DNA of 64,000 bases from an uncultured Actinomycetes bacterium (GCA_963784675.1 CAWASE010000014.1:41396-105395), one strand, 5' to 3'. Positions 1-9,934 are shown, counted from the first letter of the stretch. Notes: generated from the sequence alone by a model not told the origin. A program made the numbers and translations.

Positions 1-858
1 GGCGTACATCCGCCAGATCTCGGTCGGCCGGTCCGGCAGTGCTCCGAACTCGACCTCGACCGGGTCGCCGAGCAGCGCCATGACCTTCGTCGCCAGCTCG
101 CGCATGGAGACCTCCTCGCCGCAGCCGAGGTTGAACAGCTCGCCGTCGATGCCCGGGGTGGTGAGCAGCAGCAGGAACCCCTCGACGAGGTCCGCCACAT
201 AGTTGAACTCGCGGGTCTGCCGCCCTTGGGTCATCTTGATCGGGCGGCCCTGCAGACCGCGGGCCACCAGCTCGGGGATCACCCGGTCGGGGGACTGCGC
301 GGGACCGTAGGCGTTGAAGGGTCGCACCCGCACGATCGGCCAGGCCCGCGAGTCGGCGAACAGCCGGCAGTACTGCTCCGCCGAGTGCTTGGACACCGAG
401 TACGGCGAGATGGGATGCACCGGGCCGTCCTCACGGAACGGCACGTCGACGTCGCCGTAGATCTCGCTGGTGCCGGTGTTGACGAAGCGTTCGTACCCCG
501 CCGGCGCCAGCGCCATGAGCAGGTTGACGGTGCCCTGGACGTTGGCCTGGATGCACTCGTCGACGCGCTGCCAGGACTTGCCGACGTGGGTATAGGCCCC
601 GAGGTGCGCGACCAGCTCGGGGCCGGCCGCGGCGACCACCGCGTCCATGGCCCCCCGGTCGGTGAGCGAGCCTTCGTGCAGGGTGATCCGCTCGCGCAGG
701 TCCAGCAGCCGGGTCGGGTACACCGAGGACACCGTGCTGGTGAGCGCGTGCACCTCGGCTCCGAGCTCGACCAGGCGCCGGGTCAGGTGCGAGCCGATGA
801 AGCCGGAGGCGCCGGTGACGAGCACCCTGCGCCCGGCTACGGCGTGCGGGTCAGCCAC
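1..858 (-). CDS. NAD-dependent epimerase/dehydratase (SDR family); C-terminus lies outside the window
   Basis: Absent from the ORF track because it runs off the window. My minus-strand translation from GTG 858 gives MADPHAVAGRRVLVTGASGFIGSHL (GxxGxxG) and SPYSVSKHSAEQY (YxxxK). It overlaps the upstream gene end by 22 nt. Confidence 0.85.
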   Translation of the reverse strand, partial: MADPHAVAGRRVLVTGASGFIGSHLTRRLVELGAEVHALTSTVSSVYPTRLLDLRERITLHEGSLTDRGAMDAVVAAAGPELVAHLGAYTHVGKSWQRVDECIQANVQGTVNLLMALAPAGYERFVNTGTSEIYGDVDVPFREDGPVHPISPYSVSKHSAEQYCRLFADSRAWPIVRVRPFNAYGPAQSPDRVIPELVARGLQGRPIKMTQGRQTREFNYVADLVEGFLLLLTTPGIDGELFNLGCGEEVSMRELATKVMALLGDPVEVEFGALPDRPTEIWRMYA

Positions 859-1571
859 GGTGCTCCTGTCAGCGGGTTCTGCGTCGCGAGCAGGTCCAGC
901 TCGACGACGTCCTTGTGAGTGTCCATCGATCGCCAGAAGCCGCTGTGCCGGTAGGCGTACAAGCGTCCGCTCCGACCCAGCGCCGGGAGCAGGTCGCGCT
1001 CCAGGCTGGGGCCGGCGTGACCGACCTCAGCGACCGCTGCACGCTCCAGCGCGAAGAAGCCCGCGTTGATGGGATGGTCGGCCAGCTGGGGCTTCTCGGT
1101 GAAGTCATGGACGCGGTCGTCCCCGTCCAGCAGGACGGTGCCGTACGGCGACGGCAACGGCACGACGGTGACGGTCGCGGCGGCTCCCCGGGTGCGGTGC
1201 GTGCTGAGCAGCGCGCGCAGGTCGACGTCACCGACACCGTCGCCGTAGGTGAGCAGGAAGGTGTCGCCGACGTGCGGCAGGCACGCGAGGGTGCGAGCGC
1301 CGGTGTCGCTGTCGAGCCCGGTGTCGAGCACGTCGACGTCCCAGGAGTCGGGGAGGGTCGCTGCCCAGTCCGCGATCACCTCACCGCGGTAGCCGGTCGC
1401 GAGCACGAAGGACGTGACGCCCTGGCCTGCGTAGATGTCGAGCACGTGCCGCAGCACCGGGCGGCCACCGACCTCGAGCATCGGCTTGGGGACTTCCGCC
1501 GTCGCCGGCCAGGCCCGGGTGCCACGCCCTCCGCAGAGCACCACGGCGCGCAGCCCCGACACCTCCGTCAC
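837..1571 (-). CDS. Sugar-1-phosphate nucleotidyltransferase (glucose-1-phosphate cytidylyl/thymidylyltransferase-like)
   Basis: ORF 837..1616. It has the LCGGRGTR (GGxGTR) motif and a TYGDGVGD block. I chose the GTG at 1571, just after the upstream stop; the exact start is uncertain. Confidence 0.8.
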   Translation of the reverse strand: MTEVSGLRAVVLCGGRGTRAWPATAEVPKPMLEVGGRPVLRHVLDIYAGQGVTSFVLATGYRGEVIADWAATLPDSWDVDVLDTGLDSDTGARTLACLPHVGDTFLLTYGDGVGDVDLRALLSTHRTRGAAATVTVVPLPSPYGTVLLDGDDRVHDFTEKPQLADHPINAGFFALERAAVAEVGHAGPSLERDLLPALGRSGRLYAYRHSGFWRSMDTHKDVVELDLLATQNPLTGAPWLTRTP

Positions 1572-1572
1572 G

Positions 1573-2625
1573 TCAGGCCGTGCGCCGCCGTCGCAGGAAC
1601 GGGTCGGCGAGCGCATCGGTCTGGTAGTTGTTGCCGTCCTCGACGACGTTGCTCCCGGGCGGCACGATCTCGTCGATGCGGTCCAGCACGTCGGTGGTCA
1701 GCCGCACGTCGCTGGCGCCGAGCTGGGTCGTGAGCTGCTCCATCGTCCGCGGCCCGATGATCGGGGCGGTCACGGCCGGGTGCTGCTGCACGAAGGCCAG
1801 GGCCAGGTGCACCAGCGACAGGCCGGCCTGCTCGGCGAGCAACGCGAGCTGCTCGACCGCCTCCAGCCGGGCCTGGTTCTGCGCCGTCTCGAGGTCGAAC
1901 TGACCGGGCATCATCTTCGCGCGGTTGGTCTGCGGCGCGTCCTGCCCCTTGCGGAAGCGGCCGGTGAGCCAGCCGCCGGCCAGCGGGCTCCACGGGATGA
2001 CCCCGAGGTGGTACTCCAGCGCCACCGGCAGCACGTCCCGCTCGATGCCGCGGTTGAGGATCGAGTACGGCGGCTGCTCGCAGACGAACCTGCCGAGGCC
2101 CCGCTTCTCGCTGATCCACTGGTCCTGCACCATCCGGTAGGCGGGGAAGGTGGACGAACCGAAGGTGCGGATCTTGCCCTGCCGCTGCAGGTCGGTGAGG
2201 GCGGCGAGGGTCTCGTCGTCGTCGGTACCGGTGTCGGGACGGTGCACCTGGTAGAGGTCGATCCAGTCGGTCTGCAGGCGCCGCAGGCTGTTCTCGACCT
2301 CCTGGACGATCCAGCGTCGCGAGTTGCCGCGCTGGTTGGGATCGCCGCCGGGGGCGCCGATCGCCACGTCCATCGGGCCGTGGAACTTGGTGGCCAGGAT
2401 GACGTCGTCGCGACGGCCCTGCAGCGCCTTGCCGAGGATGACCTCGGACTCTCCCCGGCTGTAGATGTCGGCCGTGTCGACGAAGTTGATGCCGGCGTCC
2501 AGCGCCGCGTGCACGATCCGCGCCGACTCCTCGTGGTCCGGCTCGCCCCAGGCGCCGAACATCATGGCCCCCAGGCAGAGCGGGCTGACGAACATGCCGG
2601 TGTGACCCAGCTGACGGTGCTCCAT
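1573..2625 (-). CDS. Aldo/keto reductase
   Basis: 350-aa ORF starting MEHRQLGHTGMFVSPLCLGAMMFG, with INFVDTADIYSRGESE and DLYQVHRPD, all typical AKR blocks. Confidence 0.9.
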   Translation of the reverse strand: MEHRQLGHTGMFVSPLCLGAMMFGAWGEPDHEESARIVHAALDAGINFVDTADIYSRGESEVILGKALQGRRDDVILATKFHGPMDVAIGAPGGDPNQRGNSRRWIVQEVENSLRRLQTDWIDLYQVHRPDTGTDDDETLAALTDLQRQGKIRTFGSSTFPAYRMVQDQWISEKRGLGRFVCEQPPYSILNRGIERDVLPVALEYHLGVIPWSPLAGGWLTGRFRKGQDAPQTNRAKMMPGQFDLETAQNQARLEAVEQLALLAEQAGLSLVHLALAFVQQHPAVTAPIIGPRTMEQLTTQLGASDVRLTTDVLDRIDEIVPPGSNVVEDGNNYQTDALADPFLRRRRTA

Positions 2626-2657
2626 ACCGCCAACCTACGACCGCCGCCGACCGACGC

Positions 2658-4859
2658 TCACAGCAGCAGGCGTCGGGCGCGGACGCTGCCCTCGAGCAGA
2701 CCCGCCAGGCCGACGAGATCGCCCACCCCGATCTGCGCGGCCCGGACCGGACGCGGCCGGCCGGGACGCCCAGCGGCTCGTTGCCACGCCGAGACCGCCC
2801 ACGGCGTGGCGAGCGCCAGCGGGCCGACGGTGCGCAGGGCCGCCGCCAGGACGACCCCTGCCACGCCGACGTCGACGAGCGCGCTGCGACGGCTCAGGAA
2901 CACCCCCAGCACCGCGCCCCGGCGGAGCTCGGGCACCGCGCGGGCCAGCAGGGGGAACCCCCGCAGCCGGTGCCGCTCGTGCAGGTGGTCGCGATAGCTG
3001 CCGGGCAGCACCCGGTGCTCGACGACCGCCTGCGGTGCCGTGCGCACCTTCCCTCGGCGGGCGAGCCGGGCTCCCAGCAGCACGTCCTCGCCGAAGGCGC
3101 GTCCGGACAGCAGGCGGGCGGACGGGAAGCCTCCGACGGCGAGCACGTCGGCCCGCCGGCAGCCCAGGTTGGCGGTCTCGGTCAGTCCGGAGACGCCGGC
3201 GACGGACAGCGTGCGCCCCCAGGGCCCGCCCCAGCCGTCCTGCTCCGGGCGGGTGAGGCCCTGCGCGACGGCCACCGCTGGATCGACCAGGGCCGCCGTC
3301 AGGGCGCTCAGCCAGCCAGGGGCGGGCAGGCAGTCGTCGTCGGTGAACGCCACGAGCGGCGCACGCGCGACGGCGAGCGCGGTGTTGCGAGGAACAGCCG
3401 GTCCGTCGTGGAAGGGCAGCCGCAGCACGGTCGCCGGCAGCGCGGTGCGGGCGACCCAGTCGGTGAGCACGTCCCACGTGTCGTCCGGTGAACCGTTGTC
3501 GCAGACGACCACCTCGAACCGAGGATGGTCCTGCGCGTCCAGCCGCTGCAGCAGCCCGTGCAGGTAGCCGCTGCGCCCGTACGTCGAGACCACGACGGTG
3601 ATCACGACATCTGCCTTCTCGCAGGCACTCTCGCGCCGGTCCAGAACCTGCGAGGAGAGCACGGGGACAGGCAGGACGGACAGGTGCAGACGTTCCAGCA
3701 CCGCCGCCAGCCGGTCCACGCCGTAGCGGTCGGCCGTGGCGCGACCGCCGACAGCCAGCCGTGCCCGCAGGGCCGGGTCCGCGGCCAGCCGATCGACCGC
3801 AGCCGCCAGGGCAGCGGGGTCCTCGTGCGGCACGACCAGGCAGTTGTCGAGGTCGGCGAGGAACTCAGCCGAGCCGCCGCGACGGGTGGCGACCACCGGC
3901 ACGCCCTGCGTCATCGCCTCCAGCGGCACCAGCCCGAAGGGCTCCTCCCACGAGCTCGGGAACAGCACGGTGTCGGCGGCTGCGTACAGCGTCCGCACCT
4001 GGCTGCGCGGGACGGCCCCGATCTCGAGCCGGTCGCGCACGCCGAGGGAGTCGGCGAGGGCGAGCAGCGCGGCCAGGTGCTCGGGGTCGGCCACCCCCGC
4101 CAGGCGCAGGCGCGCGCCGGGCAGCAGGGCGAGCGCCTGCACGGCCGTCGCGAAGCCCTTGCGGGGTTCGATCCGGCCCACCCCCAGCAGACGCCCGCGC
4201 CAGGGCGGGCGCTCGTCGTCGACGACCGGGAAGTCGGCGGGGTCGACCCCGCTGCCGACCACCGTCGCGGCGGCGAGCTGCCAGCGCGTGGCCGTGCGGC
4301 AGCGCTCCAGCAGCCAGGCGCTGACGACGCTCTGCCGGGTCCGGTCCAGGTCCGGGACGTGCGTCGGGAGGCCGGTCAGCACAGCGCCGAGCGCCCGCAC
4401 CGGCGCCGGACAGCGAGCCCAGCCGGCGAGCCAGGCATCAGCGCGCGGGCCGTAGACCGGCCATTCGTCGCAGAGGTTCAGCACCACCGGGACGCCTTGG
4501 CGCTGCACCTCGCTGAGCAGCGACAGCGGCATGCCGCCCAGGTGCCAGGCGGAGACGACGTCGGGCGCGGTGTCGGTCAGGGCCCGCCGCAGCGCCGTCC
4601 GGGACCGTCGCTCCAGCGCCGCCCGCTCGCGCCACGGAGGCGTGCGGAAGCGGTGCTCGGACCAGTACCAGTCCAGCTCGCGGCGCACGTGCGGCTCGTC
4701 GACGCCCGCCTCGACCACGCCGCCGACGGTCGTCGAGGTCGTCAGGACGGTGACCTCGTGGCCGGCGGCCCGCCACCGGTCGACGACGTCGCGGCACGAC
4801 ATCTCGTAGCCACCGAGCGCGTTGGGCGGGTAGAGGTTGGACAGCACCAGGACGCGCAC
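2658..4859 (-). CDS. Fused glycosyltransferase: N-terminal GT4 (GT-B) domain, C-terminal GT2 (GT-A) domain, hydrophobic tail
   Basis: Single 733-aa ORF from GTG 4859. The N-terminal half reads VLVLSNLYPPNALGGYE ... FPSSWEEPFGLVPLEAM (GT4 E-x7-E region). The C-terminal half reads ITVVVSTYGRSGYL ... VVVCDNGSPDDT ... FTDDDC (GT2 D-x-D). The tail is hydrophobic. Confidence 0.8.
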   Translation of the reverse strand: MRVLVLSNLYPPNALGGYEMSCRDVVDRWRAAGHEVTVLTTSTTVGGVVEAGVDEPHVRRELDWYWSEHRFRTPPWRERAALERRSRTALRRALTDTAPDVVSAWHLGGMPLSLLSEVQRQGVPVVLNLCDEWPVYGPRADAWLAGWARCPAPVRALGAVLTGLPTHVPDLDRTRQSVVSAWLLERCRTATRWQLAAATVVGSGVDPADFPVVDDERPPWRGRLLGVGRIEPRKGFATAVQALALLPGARLRLAGVADPEHLAALLALADSLGVRDRLEIGAVPRSQVRTLYAAADTVLFPSSWEEPFGLVPLEAMTQGVPVVATRRGGSAEFLADLDNCLVVPHEDPAALAAAVDRLAADPALRARLAVGGRATADRYGVDRLAAVLERLHLSVLPVPVLSSQVLDRRESACEKADVVITVVVSTYGRSGYLHGLLQRLDAQDHPRFEVVVCDNGSPDDTWDVLTDWVARTALPATVLRLPFHDGPAVPRNTALAVARAPLVAFTDDDCLPAPGWLSALTAALVDPAVAVAQGLTRPEQDGWGGPWGRTLSVAGVSGLTETANLGCRRADVLAVGGFPSARLLSGRAFGEDVLLGARLARRGKVRTAPQAVVEHRVLPGSYRDHLHERHRLRGFPLLARAVPELRRGAVLGVFLSRRSALVDVGVAGVVLAAALRTVGPLALATPWAVSAWQRAAGRPGRPRPVRAAQIGVGDLVGLAGLLEGSVRARRLLL

Positions 4860-4889
4860 ACGCTCAGTGTCCCAGCGACCGCGGGCGGC

Positions 4890-5762
4890 TCAGCGCTGTG
4901 GGTCGACCGGGCGCGAGCGCCGCAGCCCGAGGTGGTCGGGCACCTGCGACCACCAGAACCGCCGTAGGTCCGCGTCCCGGCGCGCGCCTGCCCGCGCGGC
5001 ACCGGCGGCGTTCAGGACCTGCCAGGCGACGGCGCGGGGGCCGCCGAGATGACGGCGCACCACCCGGTTGGCGTTCGCGATCACGGCCCGCTCGCGCGTG
5101 CGGCCGTAGCGCTGGGCACCGGAGGCGTTGCCGACGTGCCGCACCACGGCGCCCGGGACCTCCCACACCTGCCAGCCGGCCTGCCGTGCCCGCCAGCACA
5201 GGTCCAGGTCCTCGGCGTACATGAACAGCCGCTCGTCGAAGCCGCCCAGCGACTGCCAGGCCTCGCGCCGCAGCAGCAGCGCGGCGCCGACCGCCCAGCC
5301 GACCTCGCGCGGGCCGGCCGCAGGGGGCAGCGGCCGCCGCCCCGCGCCCCGCAGCGACGGCAACGGGTGCACCCCCACCTCGAGCGTCCCGTCGGGCCGC
5401 AGCAGCGTGGGGGCCAGCACCGCTGCGCGGGGTCGTTGCGCGGCGGCCTCGAGGAGCGTCCGCACCGCTCCGGGCTCGGGCCAGGCGTCGGAGTTCAGCG
5501 CGAGGAACCACGGCGCGTCCGAACGGGCGAGCAACGTGTTGACGCCGGCCGCGAAGCCGACGTTGTGACCCACCTGGACGTCGACGTCCGGGAAGGCGCC
5601 GCGCAGCGCCTGCGCGGTGCCGTCCGTCGAGCCGTTGTCCCGCACCAGCACGTGCAGGTCGACGTCGTCGGACGCCTCGAGCAGGCGCCCGATCGCGTCG
5701 ATCGTCAGGTCCCGGGTGTTCCAGCAGACGATGCCGACGTCGACCCTCGGACGGGTCGTCAC
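4890..5762 (-). CDS. Glycosyltransferase family 2
   Basis: 290-aa ORF with VGIVCWNTRDLT, VLVRDNGSTDGT, GFAAGVN and YAEDLDLCWRA, resembling rhamnosyltransferase-type GT2 enzymes. Confidence 0.85.
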   Translation of the reverse strand: MTTRPRVDVGIVCWNTRDLTIDAIGRLLEASDDVDLHVLVRDNGSTDGTAQALRGAFPDVDVQVGHNVGFAAGVNTLLARSDAPWFLALNSDAWPEPGAVRTLLEAAAQRPRAAVLAPTLLRPDGTLEVGVHPLPSLRGAGRRPLPPAAGPREVGWAVGAALLLRREAWQSLGGFDERLFMYAEDLDLCWRARQAGWQVWEVPGAVVRHVGNASGAQRYGRTRERAVIANANRVVRRHLGGPRAVAWQVLNAAGAARAGARRDADLRRFWWSQVPDHLGLRRSRPVDPQR

Positions 5763-5771
5763 CCGGGGGTG

Positions 5772-6896
5772 TCAGCCCCGGCGAGGGGCGCGCGCCAGGC
5801 TGGCTGCGGCGGCCGCGCGGGAGGGCTTCGGGGCGAGCTTCGGGTCGTAGAACAGCGGGCGCTGGGGCGTGCCGTCCTTGCGGGCGAAGCGGTCCTGCTC
5901 CGCGGTGTTCATCCAGGAGTACTTGTCGCCCAGCCCCCAGCTCACGATGCCCTCGACCGCCGGCTCGGACAGGACGGTGTCCAGGTAGCGCCGGTAGGAG
6001 TCGGCGACGCCGCGGTCACGGGCGGAGGTGTCGGTGGGCAGGCTGAGGTCGATCATGTCGAGCTCGGTGACGACGATCTTGAGCCCCATGGCGGCGACGC
6101 TGCGCAGGAAGGACTTGTGCTGCTTGGCGTCGAACTGGCGCTGGATGGCGGCCGCCTCCAGGTGCGCCTGGATGCCCAGGGCGTGGACCGGGATGTCGCG
6201 GGAGAGCAGGTCGTCGAGCACCTTCAGCACGACGCGCTGACGCGCCCGCGAATAGCCGTTGGTGTATTCCAGGTTGTACTCGTTGAGGACCAGCTGAGCG
6301 CTCGGGTCGGCCCGGTGGGCGATGGTGAAGGCGTTGTCGATGTAGCGCGGGCCGAGCATCTTGGCCCACGGCGTGGGGTAGTAGCCGTTGCCGTTGGTCG
6401 CCTCGTTGACGACGTCCCAGGAGAAGACGCGTCCCTTGTAGCGGCTGACGACCTTGGTGATGTGCTCCTCGAGGAGCGCCAGCGCGTTGCCGGGGTTGAA
6501 CAGAGCCGGGACGTCGAACCACTTCGGGTTGCCGTTGTTCCAGGTGAAGCAGTTGCCGCGTACCCGGAGCCCGTCCTGCTCGGCCGTCGAGACCGCGAGG
6601 TCGGACAGAGCCCAGCTGAAGACCTTCGGCGCCGGGCGCAGGGACGCCCACTTGAACTCGTTCTCGGGCGTGAAGACGGTGCACTGCTGCTTCACCAGCG
6701 ACCGGTAGCCGCCGTCGGACAGCAGCGTGGTGATGGGCGCAGCGCTGCCGAAGTAACGACCCGACCGGCTGGCGAGCTGTCCCAGCGTCGGCTCGGCGGC
6801 GGCCGCGCCGCGGAGCACCTGCGCGGGGCCGAGCACCGAACCGGCGGCGGCCAGGACCGCGCCACGGCGGACCAGCTCGCGTCGGGTGAGGGACAT
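5772..6896 (-). CDS. Glycoside hydrolase family 10 (endo-beta-1,4-xylanase-like) with Tat signal peptide
   Basis: This is the C-terminal 374 aa of the 994-aa shadow-extended ORF. It starts at ATG 6896 (MSLTRRELVRRGAVLAAAG, twin-arginine). WDVVNEA supplies the acid/base Glu and VVTELDM the nucleophile Glu. Confidence 0.85.
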   Translation of the reverse strand: MSLTRRELVRRGAVLAAAGSVLGPAQVLRGAAAAEPTLGQLASRSGRYFGSAAPITTLLSDGGYRSLVKQQCTVFTPENEFKWASLRPAPKVFSWALSDLAVSTAEQDGLRVRGNCFTWNNGNPKWFDVPALFNPGNALALLEEHITKVVSRYKGRVFSWDVVNEATNGNGYYPTPWAKMLGPRYIDNAFTIAHRADPSAQLVLNEYNLEYTNGYSRARQRVVLKVLDDLLSRDIPVHALGIQAHLEAAAIQRQFDAKQHKSFLRSVAAMGLKIVVTELDMIDLSLPTDTSARDRGVADSYRRYLDTVLSEPAVEGIVSWGLGDKYSWMNTAEQDRFARKDGTPQRPLFYDPKLAPKPSRAAAAASLARAPRRG

Positions 6897-7049
6897 GCGG
6901 GGGAGCCTCCGGGGCTGTCTGGGGCAGGGACCGTCCTGCTCGGGTCCAACGAGGTCCGGCGCGAAGGGTTGCGGGTCAGCAGCAGTCCCCGTCCGTGCGG
7001 GCCGGATCGACCAGGCAGGGACTCGTCGGCCGGCGGCGAAGGTAGTGAG

Positions 7050-9830
7050 ATGTCGAACTTCACGCTGTTGCCACCCCGACCCGTCCGGCGGGGTCGCCCC
7101 GTGCTCGCGCTGAGCAGCGCGGCCGCCCTCGGACTGGCGCTGCTCGTGCTGCCGGCCGGGACGTCTGCCGCCTCCGACCCGGCGTCCAGCGCGCTGACCG
7201 TGCCGAGCACCCCCGGCACGGTCACGGCCCGCTACACCGGCACGGCGCCCGCGGGAGCCTTCGCGACGAGCGAGTGCCCGGCCGGCACGCCGCTCGGCGA
7301 CGACCACGACCTCACGCTCACCGTCCCGGCCGGGGCCTACAGCAAGGTCACCGCCTCGATCGCCTTCAAGGCGTCCTGGACCGAGGTGTCTCCGGCCGGC
7401 AACGACCTCGTCCTCACCGTGTTCGACGCCGCCGGCAACGTCGTCGGCAACAGCGACGGAGGTGCGCCGGAGGAGAACGTCGCGCTGGTCGACCTGGCCG
7501 CCGGCACCTACACCGCCACCGTGTGCGGCTTCGCCAACCCCAGCCCGCAGCCCTACGACGGCCTCCTGACCGTCCGGACCACGACGAAGGCCGCCGCCGG
7601 CTCCGCCGGACCCACGGTCGACACCGGCCTGGACTTCGCCGCGGGACAGGTCACCGACCCGCAGCGCTCGCAGGGCGAGTCCGCAGCCTTCGCCGACGCC
7701 TCCGGGGTGCTCTACAGCTGCGGCACCAACGGCGCCAGCAACGGCACCGACCACGGCTCGGTCTCGGTCGACGGCGGCCAGACCTGGAAGCCGCTGGGCA
7801 CGGGGCCGGTAGCCCTCACCGGAACTGCGCAGGGCGGCGGCGACTGCGCCATCGGCACCGGCCAGGACCTCAACGCCGAGGGCAAGCGACAGCTGGCCTT
7901 CATCGGCCTGGGCCCGCTGACCGGCTTCTCGACGTTCAGCTCGCCCGACAACGGCCGCACCCTGCAGCGCTCGCCGGACCAGAACGGGCTGGAGAAGTTC
8001 AACCAGACCTCGCTGGTCGACCGGCAGTGGCTGGTGTTCACCGACGACAAGACGGTCTTCCTGAACTACAACGCGGCGGTCGCCAGCGCCCCTGGGCAGC
8101 CGGACGGGCAGATCATCCAGAAGAGCACCGACGGCGGCCTCACCTACGGCCCGCAGCTGTCGGTCGCCACCGACGGCAGCCGCCTCGGTCAGATCCGCGC
8201 GATCAAGGAGGGCGTCGTCCCGGGCACCACCAAGGACGTCGTCTACTTCCCGTACAACAGCGGCACCAAGGTCAAGCTGGCCCTGAGCCTGGACGGCGGC
8301 GACACCTGGTCGCAGTGCCTGGCCGTCGACGCCAAGGTCGACCCCACGGCCGGCTTCGTCACCGCCGACCACGACAGCGCCGGCAACATCTACGTCACCT
8401 ACAGCGAGAAGGGCGACGGACGCGACACCTACCTCGTCGCGCTGAAGGCCGTCAACGTGCCCAAGTGCAAGGGGCCGAACCCCACGGCGCAGTCGGCCGA
8501 CAACAACACCGACCCCGGCTTCACCAAGAAGGTCCGGATGAACCGCGAGGGCGTCGAGACCACCGTGATGCCGTGGGTGGCCGCCGGCGGGGCGCCCGGC
8601 CGGGTCGCGGTCTCCTACTACGGCACCCCCAGCGTCGGGAACCCGGACCTCGGCGACTTCATCGCCACCTGGGACGTCTACGTCTCGCAGACCCTGGACG
8701 CGTTCGCCGAGACCCCGGCCATCGACCAGGTGAAGGCGACCACGCACCCGAACCACTACAACTCCATCTGCCTGAACGGCCTGGGGTGCAGCACCAGCGT
8801 CCCGGCAGGTGACCGGTCGCTCGTCGACTACTTCACGATGGCGTACGACCCGGTGACGGGCCGGCTGCTCATCGTGTTCAACCAGACGGCCAAGACCCCC
8901 TCGCAGGCCGAGGGCAACATCGCCGCGCCGACCGCGCTGGTGCAGCGCGCCGGACCGAGCAACAAGGGCGGCCGGCTGACGGCCGGTCCGCCGGTGCTGC
9001 GTACGTCCAGTCCCGACGTCAAGGGCGACGCCTTCGCACGCTGGACGACGAGCGACGGACTGCTGGGCAGTCCGACGACCTCGCTGCCGGGCGACAACCT
9101 GCCGGCGCTGGACCTGCTCGGGGTGAAGGTCGGCCCGCAGGTCGACCTCGACACCGGCGCCCCGGTGACCCAGGGGGGCGGCTTCACCGTGACGATGACC
9201 TACGACGACCTGTCAGACGCTGCGCTGCAGGACGCCATGGCCACCGGCGGCGGGCTCTCGCTGGTCTACCTGTTCCGCTTCTTCGACGGATTCCAGCCCG
9301 GCGGCGTCGCGGCGTACTACGAGGGCGGAGCCTGGCGCTTCGGAGGCAACGACTACACCACCACCACCCGCAACCCGGGCGGCAACGTGCAGACCTATCC
9401 GGGCGGTGACGCCGTCCAGGGCAAGGTCGACGTCGACGCGGGCACCATCACGCTCTCGGTCCCGGCGGAGCAGGTCGAGGCGCTGGCGGGGTCGAGCGGT
9501 GCGGGCAAGACCCCCAGCGAGGTGCCGGCGGTCAAGGGCAGCCGCGTCTACGACGCCTCGGCCTGGACGTTCGTCAACCCGCTGCCGACCAGCGTCGCGC
9601 AGTCGTTCCTGTCGCAGGTCGACAACTCGGCGGCCTTCGACTTCACCGTGGGCTCGGTGCCGGCGGTCGCTACCCCGGTGACCGGTGCCCCGCCCGCCGC
9701 TGCGCCACCTGCTGCTGCGCCGTCGGGAGGGCGGCTGCCGGCCACCGGCGGTCTCGGCGCGCCGCTGCTGGCGGTCTCGCTGCTGGGGCTCGGCTGGGCG
9801 TTGGCCGTCCGGCGGCGCCGTACCGTCTGA
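7050..9830 (+). CDS. Secreted, sortase-anchored BNR/Asp-box (sialidase-fold-like) protein with an N-terminal pre-peptidase-C-terminal-like domain
   Basis: The real start is ATG 7050, inside the 1593-aa ORF (MSNFTLLPPRPVRRGRPVLALSSAAALGLALLVLPAG signal). Asp-boxes are SVDGGQTW, STDGGLTY and SLDGGDTW. The C-terminus is LPATGG followed by a TM segment and RRRR. Confidence 0.8.
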   Translation: MSNFTLLPPRPVRRGRPVLALSSAAALGLALLVLPAGTSAASDPASSALTVPSTPGTVTARYTGTAPAGAFATSECPAGTPLGDDHDLTLTVPAGAYSKVTASIAFKASWTEVSPAGNDLVLTVFDAAGNVVGNSDGGAPEENVALVDLAAGTYTATVCGFANPSPQPYDGLLTVRTTTKAAAGSAGPTVDTGLDFAAGQVTDPQRSQGESAAFADASGVLYSCGTNGASNGTDHGSVSVDGGQTWKPLGTGPVALTGTAQGGGDCAIGTGQDLNAEGKRQLAFIGLGPLTGFSTFSSPDNGRTLQRSPDQNGLEKFNQTSLVDRQWLVFTDDKTVFLNYNAAVASAPGQPDGQIIQKSTDGGLTYGPQLSVATDGSRLGQIRAIKEGVVPGTTKDVVYFPYNSGTKVKLALSLDGGDTWSQCLAVDAKVDPTAGFVTADHDSAGNIYVTYSEKGDGRDTYLVALKAVNVPKCKGPNPTAQSADNNTDPGFTKKVRMNREGVETTVMPWVAAGGAPGRVAVSYYGTPSVGNPDLGDFIATWDVYVSQTLDAFAETPAIDQVKATTHPNHYNSICLNGLGCSTSVPAGDRSLVDYFTMAYDPVTGRLLIVFNQTAKTPSQAEGNIAAPTALVQRAGPSNKGGRLTAGPPVLRTSSPDVKGDAFARWTTSDGLLGSPTTSLPGDNLPALDLLGVKVGPQVDLDTGAPVTQGGGFTVTMTYDDLSDAALQDAMATGGGLSLVYLFRFFDGFQPGGVAAYYEGGAWRFGGNDYTTTTRNPGGNVQTYPGGDAVQGKVDVDAGTITLSVPAEQVEALAGSSGAGKTPSEVPAVKGSRVYDASAWTFVNPLPTSVAQSFLSQVDNSAAFDFTVGSVPAVATPVTGAPPAAAPPAAAPSGGRLPATGGLGAPLLAVSLLGLGWALAVRRRRTV

Positions 9831-9856
9831 GCCTCCGCGCGCGCCTTCTCGGGCAC

Positions 9857-9880
9857 TCCCCAGCAGCAGGGTGCTGGGGA
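9857..9880. terminator. Hairpin between convergent genes (candidate bidirectional terminator)
   Basis: tCCCCAGCA-gcaggg-TGCTGGGGa forms a perfect 9-bp stem and is followed by ttgct. It lies between the stops at 9830 (+) and 9935 (-). Confidence 0.5.
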
Positions 9881-9934
9881 TTGCTCGAACTCTCTGCGGC
9901 GGGGCGGCGGCGCCGGGAGGCGGCGGGCCGGCGG

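Noticed and set aside
5049-7049. The upstream two-thirds of the 1593-aa plus-strand ORF. Other very long ORFs of the same kind include 5772..8756 (-) upstream of 6896, 23285..26353 (-), 46948..51102 (-), 34211..36844 (-) upstream of 35608, and 14355..16820 (-) upstream of 15551.
   Set aside because: These are shadow ORFs typical of very GC-rich DNA. Their translations are Arg/Gly/Pro/Ala-rich low-complexity sequence, and they lie antisense or out of frame to genes with clear family motifs. Credible starts with signal peptides or SD sequences lie far downstream.
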